DNA of 63,983 nt, filler included, from Lentisphaeria bacterium (GCA_041690595.1; 3 parts of 3 records of this genome joined end to end with filler, not necessarily neighbours in it), one strand, 5' to 3'; shown: positions 31,186-41,489, counted from the first letter of the whole stretch. Program-made: numbers and translations. Notes: generated by a model not told the origin, from the letters alone.

Positions 31186-31478
31186 AAGTACCTGTCCCCT
31201 GGCTGAGGGAAGTACCTGTCCCCTGGCTGAGGGAAGTACCTGTCCCCTGGCTGAGGGAAGTACCTGTCCCCTGGCTGAGGGAAGTAGCTGTCCCCGGGCG
31301 AGGGAAAGTACCTGTCCCCAAGCTGAGGTAAGTACCTGTCCCCAGGCTGAGGTAAGTACCTGTCCCCAGGCTGAGGTAAGTACCTGTCCCCAGGCTGAGG
31401 TAACGTACCTGTCCCCAGGCTGAGGTAACGTACCTGTCCCCAGGCTGAGGTAACGTACCTGTCCCCAGGCTGAGGTAA
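31186..31478. repeat. Tandem array of 24/25-bp units, AA(C)GTACCTGTCCCCWGGCTGAGGK, 12 copies to the contig end
   Basis: Read directly: nine 24-bp units, then three 25-bp units. Confidence 0.95.
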
Positions 31479-31578
31479 NNNNNNNNNNNNNNNNNNNNNN
31501 NNNNNNNNNNNNNNNNNNNNNNTTAATTAATTAANNNNNNNNNNNNNNNNNNNNNNNNNNNNNNNNNNNNNNNNNNNN
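31479..31578. other. Artificial contig linker
   Basis: N runs flank TTAATTAATTAA (stops in all six frames). Confidence 0.98.
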
Positions 31579-31662
31579 CTCAGCTTCAATTTCGGCTTCA
31601 TCGCCACCTCCCTGGGTTGCCATACCATAGACGATCAAGGTACCGCTGTCCATTTAAATAAT

Positions 31663-31910
31663 CAAATCCCATCAGGGTTGATGGGTGGGTGCGGGATACC
31701 CAGGGTAGTCCCGCCTTTGGCGGCACAACCCTGGACTGGAGGACGATGCCCCGTCAGGGCATTTCTGGCGTGAGACGCGAAGTGCCTGTCCCCGAGTTGT
31801 TTCTGGCGTGAGACGCGAAGTGCCTGTCCCCGAGTTGAGGGCAATATGACGGTCATGGTCCGCTCCGGGAATCCCGACGGGATTTTGTCCCATAGCCCAA
31901 GGTTCAATCC
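31663..31910. repeat. Palindrome-rich MITE/REP-like element plus a 38-bp direct duplication
   Basis: ACCCAGGGTAG...CAACCCTGG element (31663-31762), an inverted partial copy (31870-31910) and 2 x 38 bp at 31762-31837 containing AAGTGCCTGTCCCC. Confidence 0.7.
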
Positions 31911-32287
31911 TCTCACGTGTCGCCATTGGCCCCCTCCCGATGACGCGAAGAGCTGTTACTCGAATAGCTTTCCAGTCAACAAAGAGCTTTTTGGCAAAAA
32001 GACCAAAAATATTTTCATAGCCAAAACCCGCAGTTTTCAAAACGTTTTCATAACTCTCGCTCCGATGATATTTCAAGCTGTAACTGCCTCGATATCAGAG
32101 ACTTACGGTCGCTCCGCGCCTTCGTCCAGGATTAGTCACTAGAAGCAATGTGGAATCCCTCTAATGCGACTATTTGCAGTCCCATGTCACAAGAGCGATT
32201 GGAACTCTATTCGGGAATACGCTACTTTCTCCGCGGTAACACGAACTATCTGCCGCCCCGAACCATTCGCCGCCGCCACACCTTCCC

Positions 32288-34522
32288 ATGCACCACACCC
32301 CAGTCACAACCGCCAAGCCGATCGCCTGCCCCCTTACCAGCCCCTCGGGAAGCGCCGCGATCTACCCCGCGGTTCCCCAGTCAGCCTCGGTAACGCTGGG
32401 CGTCACGTATTGCCCGAACAGTAGTCGCTGGCATCAGCCCCACATCGCCGGTACAGCCCTCTACCGGCTTGTCCGCCAGCTTCGCGGTTTACGGTTACCA
32501 ACCCATAGGCACGCCTGCCTCCTGCTCGCCCTCGCCCTTACCACGCTCTGCCAGGAAAGCATCGCCTCCACGGAGAGAGTTCCGCTCCCGCCAGGCTACG
32601 AGTACCCCGCTCGCCCCACCGTCGGGATTCCAGATCCGTTGTTCGATGAGCCTGGTGACAACTGCCACACCTGCGGCGGTGATGTCAACGGTATCCGCGC
32701 GTGGTACAAGGACTTCGCCGGCTGGCGACTCAATCTCGACCGGTATGCCGGCCACGCGGTGATATGGGAGTTTCTCACCTTTGAACACGGCTTCAAGTCC
32801 TGTTGGACAGGTCCACAACACGCCATCCGACTCTATAACCATGCGCTGAACGGCGTTCGTGTTGTCACTCGCCGGAAGCTCGTCGTCTTCGAGAAGCACA
32901 TTGATGCCGATGGTGCCGCATCGCTGGTGTGCGCCTCCGATGATGACTGGTCGATCCATCGTGACGGTCAGCGAGTCGTCATCAAATCACCCGAGCGGTG
33001 GTGGGCTTTCGAGACGCCTGATTTCGGCGTCACCTGGCGCGTCGTCGAAAGCTCCAGCCATACCTTTCCCTTTCCCGTCAAACTTCATTACGATGGTCCC
33101 TCTCCTATCCTCCCTTCCGCCATCGAATACCCGGACGGCGCCCGAACCCTCATTGCCCCCGCCAAGGGCAGCGATGCCGTTGGCAAGATCACCTTGCCCA
33201 ATGACATCGAGTACCACATCGCTTACGACCCCAACGGCTTTCCAGTCTCACTCGAGGAATATGTTCCGGGCGAACCGAAGAAAGAGCTGGATGGCTTCAC
33301 GGTTGCCAACGTCGATGGAGAGATCAAGCAGGTGGTCCGCTACAAAACCACCGCCCAGATGGTGCTCACGCGCAGATGGTGCTGGGAGAATGACAGCCTC
33401 GGACGTGTCCGCCTCATGATTGGCCCCTGCGGCAACGAGACGGAAATCAGCTTCGCCAGCCGCACCACGGAAGAAGGCACCGAAGGGCTCGTCATTGTTA
33501 CCGACAGGGAGACCGGCCGCTACCGTTATCTGCGCCATCTGGAGAAGGGCGCCATCTGGACCATTGACCGCGGACATGGCATCCAGGATCAGCCAGTCGA
33601 GGATGCCACGCTCGACAACCGGCTGGTCCAGCGAAGCATTCATCACCGCATGCGCACGACCGCCAGCACGGACGGGCAGACCGGTTTGACAACGACCACC
33701 GAATACGATCGAAAAGGGGTGCCGCAAAGCCGAGCCTGTACGGATGCCGACGGCAACGTTCTGTGGGAGCGCAAGGCGCAGCCCCAGCCCGTGCGGGACT
33801 ATCGTCATACTCCGTTGCTGGAGCAACAAGGGCCGTGTGCCGCCACCAGTGCCCGCTATACGTATCGACGTGGTGTGCTGCATACCGCCACTTACCAGGG
33901 CAGAACCCACACCTTCGCCTTCGATTCGTTGGGCCGCATGCGCTCCGAAAGTACCCCTGAAAAGGTCACCGAGTGGACGTACACCACCGACAACCGGGTC
34001 GACACCCGCACGACCTGTAACCTCGACGCCACCGATGATTCCCCGCGGCAGGTCATCTCGTGGAAGTACGATCTCCATGGGCGTCTGAAGAGCTGCCAGA
34101 CTAACAGCATTCGCTTCGAGTATCGCCACAGTTGTGAGGGAGTAACCCGGATCGACATGGGCAACATCTTTCGCCGCGAGTACCGGTACAACAGCAGCCG
34201 ACAATTGACCATGCGCGCCAGTATGCCCTTGCCAGGAAACCTCGGCGGCAGCAGTCCCGCAAAAACCGAATACTTCCAGTATTCTCCTGACGGTCGGGTC
34301 CATGCTCTGAAATGCCGCATCGCACCGGATCCTGCGTTCATCGTTCGCTACAAATACGCCCCCAGCGGTGAACGCCTTATCGCCGCCGTGTCCGGCACGA
34401 TACCCCCCGACCTCTTGAGCCAGGGCGTCCATCGACGGACCTTGAACGATGGCAGCACGGAAACGCTTGGCTCTCTTGGAACGATCATTCAACCTGAACC
34501 TGAACCTGAACCCGCAAACTAA
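32288..34522 (+). CDS. YD/RHS-repeat-like protein
   Basis: Recurring YD-type units: YDPNG, NDSLGRV, YDRKG, FDSLGRM, YDLHGRL, YSPDGRV, YAPSGERL. Start uncertain. Confidence 0.7.
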   Translation: MHHTPVTTAKPIACPLTSPSGSAAIYPAVPQSASVTLGVTYCPNSSRWHQPHIAGTALYRLVRQLRGLRLPTHRHACLLLALALTTLCQESIASTERVPLPPGYEYPARPTVGIPDPLFDEPGDNCHTCGGDVNGIRAWYKDFAGWRLNLDRYAGHAVIWEFLTFEHGFKSCWTGPQHAIRLYNHALNGVRVVTRRKLVVFEKHIDADGAASLVCASDDDWSIHRDGQRVVIKSPERWWAFETPDFGVTWRVVESSSHTFPFPVKLHYDGPSPILPSAIEYPDGARTLIAPAKGSDAVGKITLPNDIEYHIAYDPNGFPVSLEEYVPGEPKKELDGFTVANVDGEIKQVVRYKTTAQMVLTRRWCWENDSLGRVRLMIGPCGNETEISFASRTTEEGTEGLVIVTDRETGRYRYLRHLEKGAIWTIDRGHGIQDQPVEDATLDNRLVQRSIHHRMRTTASTDGQTGLTTTTEYDRKGVPQSRACTDADGNVLWERKAQPQPVRDYRHTPLLEQQGPCAATSARYTYRRGVLHTATYQGRTHTFAFDSLGRMRSESTPEKVTEWTYTTDNRVDTRTTCNLDATDDSPRQVISWKYDLHGRLKSCQTNSIRFEYRHSCEGVTRIDMGNIFRREYRYNSSRQLTMRASMPLPGNLGGSSPAKTEYFQYSPDGRVHALKCRIAPDPAFIVRYKYAPSGERLIAAVSGTIPPDLLSQGVHRRTLNDGSTETLGSLGTIIQPEPEPEPAN

Positions 34523-34538
34523 ACTGGGAGGACCGCTC

Positions 34539-36044
34539 ATGTCACCACTCAATCGCCAGAAACGCAACAAAGGCTGGATTCGCACCTGGCAATGCTGGCT
34601 CGCACTGGGTGTACTCACCACACTCCTGATCCTGACTCAAAGACACACTATCGCGGAAGGCGTCGGCGGCGAAACTACCGCAAACTGTCCCGGCGACGGC
34701 GGCGGCTCCGGTGAATGCTACGTGGACACCGGTCAGGAATGCGACCAGACCAAGGACTATCCGTACTACAGCGACTGGCGCTGGAAATCCCACGGCACCG
34801 CTACCGCGGATAATCCGCCAGCTCAGTATGTCGCAGCAGGGACGGAACTGACGGCTTCTGCCTCCTATGCACCCAATCTCAACGTCTCCCCCGGCAAGAA
34901 AGAACGAGACAAGACCATATGCCAAGGTGGATCTGAACAAGTGCTCACACCCCCTGAGTCCGATAGCGCCGCTTACCAATCAGGTGAATATCGCTGGGCA
35001 AGCAATGGTAGCAGCACTATTATAGTTAGTACCGATACCACGCTTTCTCTGCAGGCCAAAATCAGCTGCACAGAATTCCTAGATAAGTCGACATGGGTGA
35101 CGGTGAGTTCTGTGGAAGTTAAGATAATCACTCTCGATATTATCACTCCAAATCAAGATTACCTCAACCAAGGCGATACCAAAACCCTGACGGCCACTAC
35201 TCAGCCAGCAGGGAGAACCATCACTTGGTCCGTTTCGCCGAATGATAAAGTTGATATTACCGAACATGGAACCCTGTTCTTCAAGCCTTACGGCGACACT
35301 TGGTTATCTGATTTTGATGTTACGGTAACTGCTTGTGATAGCGAAACTCCTGATACAAAAGACACGCAGCTTATCAATGTGATTGGATTCTCCAGGCCTG
35401 GTAATGCAGTATTCACTGACGAACTCGATCCCAACCAATGGGTATTTGCTCAGTCCGTAACTGCCCATGGGTATGCCGCCGAAAACTCGCAAGAAGCGGG
35501 GATCGTTAAAGTTCAATACCAATCTGACGAAGATAGATGTTCCGGACAGGTCACACAGAGGCGTTTAAAATATCACATAAAGACGCATGTTTATGCTTTT
35601 GCTAGCCTCTTGTGGTCTGATATAACATATGTATATGCCGCTGTTATGGTTGGATCATTGCAGAATGGAGTACCCAGCTTATCTGATAGTGTTGGTGTTA
35701 GGGAAGGTGATGGTTCTCCGCTATCAATAGGCATGAATGGAGCCGGATTAGTCACGGCGGCAATCTCTTTAACTGAAACCCAAGCGCCTCGAACAAACGA
35801 TCAGGATCTGCTGATTATAGTGTCGGATTCAAGTCATATTTCAATTCACGCCCCAACAAGCTCCGTTAATCTGGAGGTTCCAGTTATTGGTTACGTTTCT
35901 ACAAAAGCGTACGGCGGCTACGCTTCATTTGCTACTGCAAATGGTTATGTAGGAGGTGGATTGCAAAATCTACCTTCCAGCGAGTCACAATACAGCACTC
36001 TTGACGCGATCACATTCAAGCCAAAGGCCCCCGAAAGTCCATAG
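34539..36044 (+). CDS. Secreted/membrane-anchored hypothetical protein with an Ig-like (Big_2-like) segment
   Basis: GGAGG RBS, N-terminal hydrophobic segment, Cys-rich N-region and TLTATTQPAGRTITWSVS. Confidence 0.7.
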   Translation: MSPLNRQKRNKGWIRTWQCWLALGVLTTLLILTQRHTIAEGVGGETTANCPGDGGGSGECYVDTGQECDQTKDYPYYSDWRWKSHGTATADNPPAQYVAAGTELTASASYAPNLNVSPGKKERDKTICQGGSEQVLTPPESDSAAYQSGEYRWASNGSSTIIVSTDTTLSLQAKISCTEFLDKSTWVTVSSVEVKIITLDIITPNQDYLNQGDTKTLTATTQPAGRTITWSVSPNDKVDITEHGTLFFKPYGDTWLSDFDVTVTACDSETPDTKDTQLINVIGFSRPGNAVFTDELDPNQWVFAQSVTAHGYAAENSQEAGIVKVQYQSDEDRCSGQVTQRRLKYHIKTHVYAFASLLWSDITYVYAAVMVGSLQNGVPSLSDSVGVREGDGSPLSIGMNGAGLVTAAISLTETQAPRTNDQDLLIIVSDSSHISIHAPTSSVNLEVPVIGYVSTKAYGGYASFATANGYVGGGLQNLPSSESQYSTLDAITFKPKAPESP

Positions 36045-36158
36045 GATTGAATAACGAATTATATGTCAGTTATTTTATTGCGCTGAGTTGACTTCTGGAA
36101 ATCTCCAAGTTCATCAATAGTGGTGGACGATTAAACAACCAAACTAAGGGTCTATCTT

Positions 36159-37262
36159 ATGAAAACATATGCGGCGTTCGAAATGTTTCAGAGGACATTG
36201 ATCTTATGCATTGCCGCTTTCTCTCTGTCGACTATCGCAGAGACGGAAGTTGCTATTACGACGAAGAAGGAACTAAGAACTTGCGTTCATGGTCGCTTGG
36301 AAATAATTCTCCAAGCTAGAGCTTCACAGCTTAGCCTACATAGTGATGATCGGATCAATGAGATAGTTGGTCGATGCACGGAATTAATCGAGCTGATACC
36401 TCAGGATAAGGTTAATGAGGAAATGGGCGCTTGGATATGTGACAGCTTGATTGATTTGGTAAGCCGCCAGGTTGATACTTTATTGCAGGGTGGAGATACG
36501 GCAGTTGGTTTACTCAGTAGTATCACAGCTCAGGGACAACGAACACTACCGCATCTTACTGAGAATGCGGCCATTAACTTACTAACAAGGCGGGCGACAA
36601 TGCTAGAGAAGAAGCGTGGCTTCCATGCGAAGCTCTTATCATTAACTGCTGACAAGCTATCAAACGTTGAGCAGTTTAGGCTATATCCTTATGCAGACAG
36701 CTTATTGTATACTCTTTGTAGCGAAGTTGGGAAAGAGAGGGACAAAACCGCTGAGTACTCTGAAAGAACACGGAAATACAGTATTGCTCTTCATGATGTG
36801 CATAATAAGCTTCTCACCTTAGCTCTGGTTCGACGAGTAGCATCCGCTTTCAAATACTATGCCGATGCTGAAGAATTCACAATTAATAACTTCTTCTCTA
36901 GAGCATATGAACATAATTCTCCCTTCCAAGATCTAATACCGAAAGATTTTGAAGCTATTAGAAAGGAACTTGGGAATCTTTATGAATCCTACTTTTTAAC
37001 AGTTGATGAAAATAATTTAACACAGATTAGTCTTGTTAGAATTCATCAGTTCTTAATGGCCGCTGAAGCACTACACATGGGCATAGAGCAACCCAACGGG
37101 GCACAAGTGAACAACGTGCCAACTGGAAGTCAAGATGCTTACGCAGACTTCGCGAACCAGCCTTCCATGTGGCAGATCCTTCAGGTTATAGATAGCCCAG
37201 TAGAGAGGCCATGGGAAGCGGGTGAAACTCGTCAGTTAGCCGCGTTTCAATCGGCCGTTTGA
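36159..37262 (+). CDS. AT-rich hypothetical protein with possible signal peptide
   Basis: 367-aa ORF in AT-richer DNA, with an ILCIAAFSLSTIA hydrophobic leader. Confidence 0.7.
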   Translation: MKTYAAFEMFQRTLILCIAAFSLSTIAETEVAITTKKELRTCVHGRLEIILQARASQLSLHSDDRINEIVGRCTELIELIPQDKVNEEMGAWICDSLIDLVSRQVDTLLQGGDTAVGLLSSITAQGQRTLPHLTENAAINLLTRRATMLEKKRGFHAKLLSLTADKLSNVEQFRLYPYADSLLYTLCSEVGKERDKTAEYSERTRKYSIALHDVHNKLLTLALVRRVASAFKYYADAEEFTINNFFSRAYEHNSPFQDLIPKDFEAIRKELGNLYESYFLTVDENNLTQISLVRIHQFLMAAEALHMGIEQPNGAQVNNVPTGSQDAYADFANQPSMWQILQVIDSPVERPWEAGETRQLAAFQSAV

Positions 37263-37406
37263 CTAATAATTCCTGCATGCCGGGGCATAGTGTTGGTTCC
37301 AAGCATTAACGATTAACGATGCCTTCGGAGGTACGATACCCGGCATGCAGGAACATCAGACCGTCGCCAAAGGCCGCGATGAGGCCGGCGAATATTGGAC
37401 CTACTC

Positions 37407-38222
37407 ATGTCAATGAAAGTACAAACTAGCATACTGATCTTCTTTCTCTTCCACGTATCTATCACGTGGGCTGAGGAAAGCAATCTTGTACCCGATGCCA
37501 TAAGAACGTGCATTGCGAATGGCGATGTAGTTTGCATTGAAGAGTACATTGAACTCCACGACGGGAAGCTGGGAAAGCAAGAGTTATCACAATTGATCGT
37601 ATATTGTTGCAAGCATTTTCCTGCTCAAAGAGGAATAGAGAGAGGAGAAATAGTCGCAGAACTCCTTTACCTCTATTTTAATCCAGGTGATGGAAACTTG
37701 CCGTCTTTGTCTGATCGAGTCAATCTCCTGAAGAATGCCGAATGTCACCTATATATCGACAAAGCGAAGCATACTGAAGAAGAGATCGAGCAAAGTCAAG
37801 ACGCTATCGCTCGGGCTATTTTGAAAACCATTGGTGAACTCTCTGTCGTTGCAAGAATGGATGTGAGGGAACCGGTACTGAATGTGTCTGTACCTGGCGA
37901 GGGATACCCGCCTGGCATCAGTCCCGCCGCGGTACGTGATCCAACCCAACAAAAGGAATACGTAAAAGCAATCGAGGAGAACAGAATTGTAGCCGAGGAA
38001 TATATGAAGCATCGTCAACTGATCGACCCTTTCTCTAGCATAGTTCGTACCGCGGAATCGATGTTGGTCCCCTTCTATGTAGATGACTACGAGCATTTCT
38101 CGAATCTGATCTTCGAATGTATGGATAATGAGACGGCGGTCGATGTTCTGGATAGAATTCAGAAGGGATTCAGGCGCTATCATCAGATCTTTCGGCCCAA
38201 CCCGCTCAAGGTCACCAGGTAG
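37407..38222 (+). CDS. AT-rich hypothetical secreted protein
   Basis: Signal peptide MKVQTSILIFFLFHVSITWA. Confidence 0.7.
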   Translation: MSMKVQTSILIFFLFHVSITWAEESNLVPDAIRTCIANGDVVCIEEYIELHDGKLGKQELSQLIVYCCKHFPAQRGIERGEIVAELLYLYFNPGDGNLPSLSDRVNLLKNAECHLYIDKAKHTEEEIEQSQDAIARAILKTIGELSVVARMDVREPVLNVSVPGEGYPPGISPAAVRDPTQQKEYVKAIEENRIVAEEYMKHRQLIDPFSSIVRTAESMLVPFYVDDYEHFSNLIFECMDNETAVDVLDRIQKGFRRYHQIFRPNPLKVTR

Positions 38223-38421
38223 TGCTCACAGGGATTTATCAGGAGCAAGAACACAGCCTTTCCGGAAACATCTCGACGCCTCCTCGCTTGCTCTTTGCGA
38301 TCTTTGCGTTCTTTGTGGTTAATCCTCTTGTGCCCGGCTCGGCGAGGCGCGCTCGGGGTGGCGGGACGGTCGGGGGCCTGCAGGTGAGCGCATTTGTGCG
38401 GGAGTTATTCTATAGTGTGGC

Positions 38422-39720
38422 ATGGAAAACGTGGTAAACAAGAGAGGCGGGATGTTGCGGCGGGAGCTTGGGATCTTTGGCGCGGTGCTGATGGGGTTGG
38501 GGGCGATGATCGGGACGGGGATCTTCGTGAGCATCGGCATCGCGGCGGGGGTGGCGGGACCGGCCGTGATCCTGGCGACGGCGCTGGCGGCGGTGGTGGC
38601 TCTGTGCAATGGGCTGAGCAGCGCGCAACTGGCGGCCAGCCACCCGGTGAGCGGGGGCACCTACGAGTATGGCTACAGATACCTCAACCCCCGGTTGGGA
38701 TTCACCGCCGGCTGGCTCTTTCTGCTGGCCAAGTCCGCCTCGGCGGCCACGGCGGCGCTGGGTTTTTCCGGCTACCTGCTGCATGCCTTCTCCTGGCCCC
38801 GCGCCTGGCTGGTTCCCTTGGCGCTGGGCGCGGTGGCGCTCTTCACGCTGATTGTACTGGGGGGCATCCGTCGCTCCCACCTGGCGAATGTGCTGATCGT
38901 GTCGACGACACTTCTGGCGCTGCTCTTCTTCATCGTGGCGGGGGTTCCTCAGATCAGCGTCAGCCGCTTCACGCCCTTCTTCGGCTCAGGCGGCGACAGC
39001 GCGCCGTGGAGCGCTCTGCTGCAGGCATCGGCGCTGATGTTCGTGGCCTACACGGGCTATGGACGGATTGCGACCATGAGCGAGGAGGTCCGGGATCCCG
39101 AACGGACCATCCCCCTGGCCATTCTGATCACCATGTGGGTGACCATGTTGCTCTATGTCGGCGCCGCGGTGGCGGGCATCGGCGTCGTGGGAGCGGAGGG
39201 GCTGGCGCAGGCGACCGCTACGCAGGCGGCGCCGCTGGCGGTGGCGGCGGGCCGGTTCAACCTGCCGATGGCGGCACAGGTATTGGCGATCGGGGCGATC
39301 ACGGCCATGCTGGGGGTGCTGCTCAACCTGATCCTGGGGCTCTCGCGAGTCCTGCTGGCCATGGGCCGGCGAGGCGACATGCCGCCGCTCTTCGGGCGGC
39401 TCAACACGGGCGCCACCACGCCGCCGTGGGCCGTGATCGCCGTGGGGCTCGGCATTGCCGCGCTGGTGCTCATCGGCGATGTCCGGACCACCTGGTCCTT
39501 CAGCGCCTTTACGGTGCTGATCTACTATGCCATCACGAACCTCGCGGCGCTGCACCTGCCGGTGGGGCAACGGCGGTATCCGCGCTGGATTGCCTGGCTG
39601 GGGCTGGGGGCCTGCCTCTTCCTGGCCTTCTGGGTGCAGATCGGCACCTGGCTGGCAGGTCTGGCACTGATCGGCCTCGGCCTCCTCTGGCACCACATGG
39701 CGGGCCGCCTTCAGAGGTGA
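38422..39720 (+). CDS. APC-family amino acid permease
   Basis: GAMIGTGIF, SGGTYEYG, FVAYTGYG and EEVRDP, with many TM helices. Confidence 0.93.
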   Translation: MENVVNKRGGMLRRELGIFGAVLMGLGAMIGTGIFVSIGIAAGVAGPAVILATALAAVVALCNGLSSAQLAASHPVSGGTYEYGYRYLNPRLGFTAGWLFLLAKSASAATAALGFSGYLLHAFSWPRAWLVPLALGAVALFTLIVLGGIRRSHLANVLIVSTTLLALLFFIVAGVPQISVSRFTPFFGSGGDSAPWSALLQASALMFVAYTGYGRIATMSEEVRDPERTIPLAILITMWVTMLLYVGAAVAGIGVVGAEGLAQATATQAAPLAVAAGRFNLPMAAQVLAIGAITAMLGVLLNLILGLSRVLLAMGRRGDMPPLFGRLNTGATTPPWAVIAVGLGIAALVLIGDVRTTWSFSAFTVLIYYAITNLAALHLPVGQRRYPRWIAWLGLGACLFLAFWVQIGTWLAGLALIGLGLLWHHMAGRLQR

Positions 39721-40937
39721 TGATCGGCAAAGGTCATGAATTGTTCCCAGTCATACGGCGTGATGGCGTGCTTGCCGGCGCGCAGATGATAGCCGATCGT
39801 CGCCCATCGCGGATCGTGGACATCGGGCATGCAGCCATCCGGCAGCGGCTGTGCGCCGAGCAGCTCGTAGACCACCCCCGCATGCACCGCCGAAAGAAAT
39901 TCGCCCCGCGGATCCGCCCACGGATCTTCCTGTGAACTGGCGACATAGACGGGGCGCGGCGCGATGAGTGCCAGCAGCTCATGCTGATCCACCGGCAGCT
40001 CGCTGTCCCGGCCGGCATACTCCGCGAAGCGCGAGCAGCACCAGTGGGGGAAACTCCTCGACATGGTGGCGATGGTTTCGCCGAAGCAGCGACGGAACAG
40101 TGCCGCGCCGCCACAGCCTGAATTGTTCGAGATCGCCATGGCGAAGCGTTGGTCGCAGGCGGCGGCCCACAGGGCCGTCTTGCCGAGGCGCGAATGGCCG
40201 ATGACGGCCACCCGGTGGGCATCGACCCCGCTATCGATCTCCAGGTAGTCGAGGGCGCGGCTGAGGCTCCACGCCCAGGCGCCGATGGTGCCACAGTCGG
40301 AGGGGGCACCCGTTCTCGCGAAGAGGGGATGGACGCCATTCTGGAAGCCGTCGTCGAAATCGGGATCGGCATCGCCGCAGTAGAGGGTGGCCAGCCCATA
40401 GCCCCGTTCGATGAGGCGGATGACGGACCAGCGGCTGGCGTAGATGCCGCGCGCCGCTACCGTGGCCCGATTGTGGATCACGCCGGCGGCGGAATCCGGC
40501 CGCATCCACTGCTTGGAGAGATGAATGGTAGGATCGGGCCAGACGGTGTGGTTGCCGAAGAAGTTGAGGCCCAGGAAGGTGGGCACGGGGCGCGCGGGGC
40601 GATTCGGAATATAGATGAGCAGGTCGAGGTGCGGGGGAGTCTTGTCGGGGCCGAGCCAGATACGGACCTGGCGCCGGGTGGCGAGGCCACCCATCGCCTG
40701 CGAGGATTCCTCGAGGATCTGGTACCGCGGAACGACGTCGACCTGAGGCATGTGGCCATAGATGTGTTCGCCGAAGAGGTGCAGCAGCTCGGGCCGGCGA
40801 CGCTCATGCCAGAGGGCGGGGGTGTCGACGCGAGTGCCGTCGTTCAGGCAAAGCGGATCCGGCAACTGGTAGCGGGGAACCTTGGCTTCGTCATAGTTAG
40901 GCTCGATCGTCAGCATGTCGCAGTTGGTGCCTTGCAT
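39711..40937 (-). CDS. CE15-like glucuronoyl/acetylxylan esterase
   Basis: GHSRLGK nucleophile motif, IGAWAW, SGCGG and DQHELLALIAPRP. Confidence 0.88.
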   Translation of the reverse strand: MQGTNCDMLTIEPNYDEAKVPRYQLPDPLCLNDGTRVDTPALWHERRRPELLHLFGEHIYGHMPQVDVVPRYQILEESSQAMGGLATRRQVRIWLGPDKTPPHLDLLIYIPNRPARPVPTFLGLNFFGNHTVWPDPTIHLSKQWMRPDSAAGVIHNRATVAARGIYASRWSVIRLIERGYGLATLYCGDADPDFDDGFQNGVHPLFARTGAPSDCGTIGAWAWSLSRALDYLEIDSGVDAHRVAVIGHSRLGKTALWAAACDQRFAMAISNNSGCGGAALFRRCFGETIATMSRSFPHWCCSRFAEYAGRDSELPVDQHELLALIAPRPVYVASSQEDPWADPRGEFLSAVHAGVVYELLGAQPLPDGCMPDVHDPRWATIGYHLRAGKHAITPYDWEQFMTFADHHL

Positions 40938-40982
40938 AATCACGGTAGTCGATCCTGCTGTTGGCTAAGCGGCTGTATGTAG

Positions 40983-41489
40983 CTAAAGAGGTGGAAGTGC
41001 GGCAAAGAGACGGGCGAGGATGCCTTCATGATCGGCGTCACCGCAGTCGATGGTCAGATCGGACCAGGCTGCATAGAGCGGTTCGCGCTCGGCCGCCAGC
41101 TCGTCGAGGCTCTGGCCCGGGGCCATGACGACGCCGCGACCCGTGAGATTGCCCAGGCGACGGGCCAGTACCGCCACTGGAACCCGCAGCCAGACGATGA
41201 TGCCCCCCTTCTTCAGGTGGCGCATGGCCGCGTCACTGTAGATGACGCTTCCCCCCGTGGCGATGACCTGGCCGGCGACCGACAGCTGGAGAATGCAGGC
41301 TTCTTCGATGCGGCGAAAGGCAGCATGCCCTTCCGTGGCGATGATCTCGTGCAGTTGTCGCTCCTGCGTCGTCTGGATGACGATGTCGGTATCGATGAAG
41401 CCGCGCGACAGCGACTTGGCAAGCAGCACACCCACGGTGCTCTTGCCGGCCCCGGGCATCCCCACCAGGACAATGTTGCCGCCGCTCAT
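40983..41489 (-). CDS. aroK: Shikimate kinase
   Basis: GMPGAGKSTVG P-loop, FIDTD, VIATGGS and EREPLY. Confidence 0.92.
   Translation of the reverse strand: MSGGNIVLVGMPGAGKSTVGVLLAKSLSRGFIDTDIVIQTTQERQLHEIIATEGHAAFRRIEEACILQLSVAGQVIATGGSVIYSDAAMRHLKKGGIIVWLRVPVAVLARRLGNLTGRGVVMAPGQSLDELAAEREPLYAAWSDLTIDCGDADHEGILARLFAALPPL

Noticed and set aside
31186..31478. CRISPR array or the 116-aa ORF 31073-31423
   Set aside because: The units are head to tail with no spacers. The ORF is a by-product of the 24-bp period and breaks at the 25-bp units.
31479..31578. TTAATTAATTAA palindrome as a biological site, and adjacency across it
   Set aside because: It is an assembly linker repeated at 60646-60745, so gene neighbourhood across it is meaningless.
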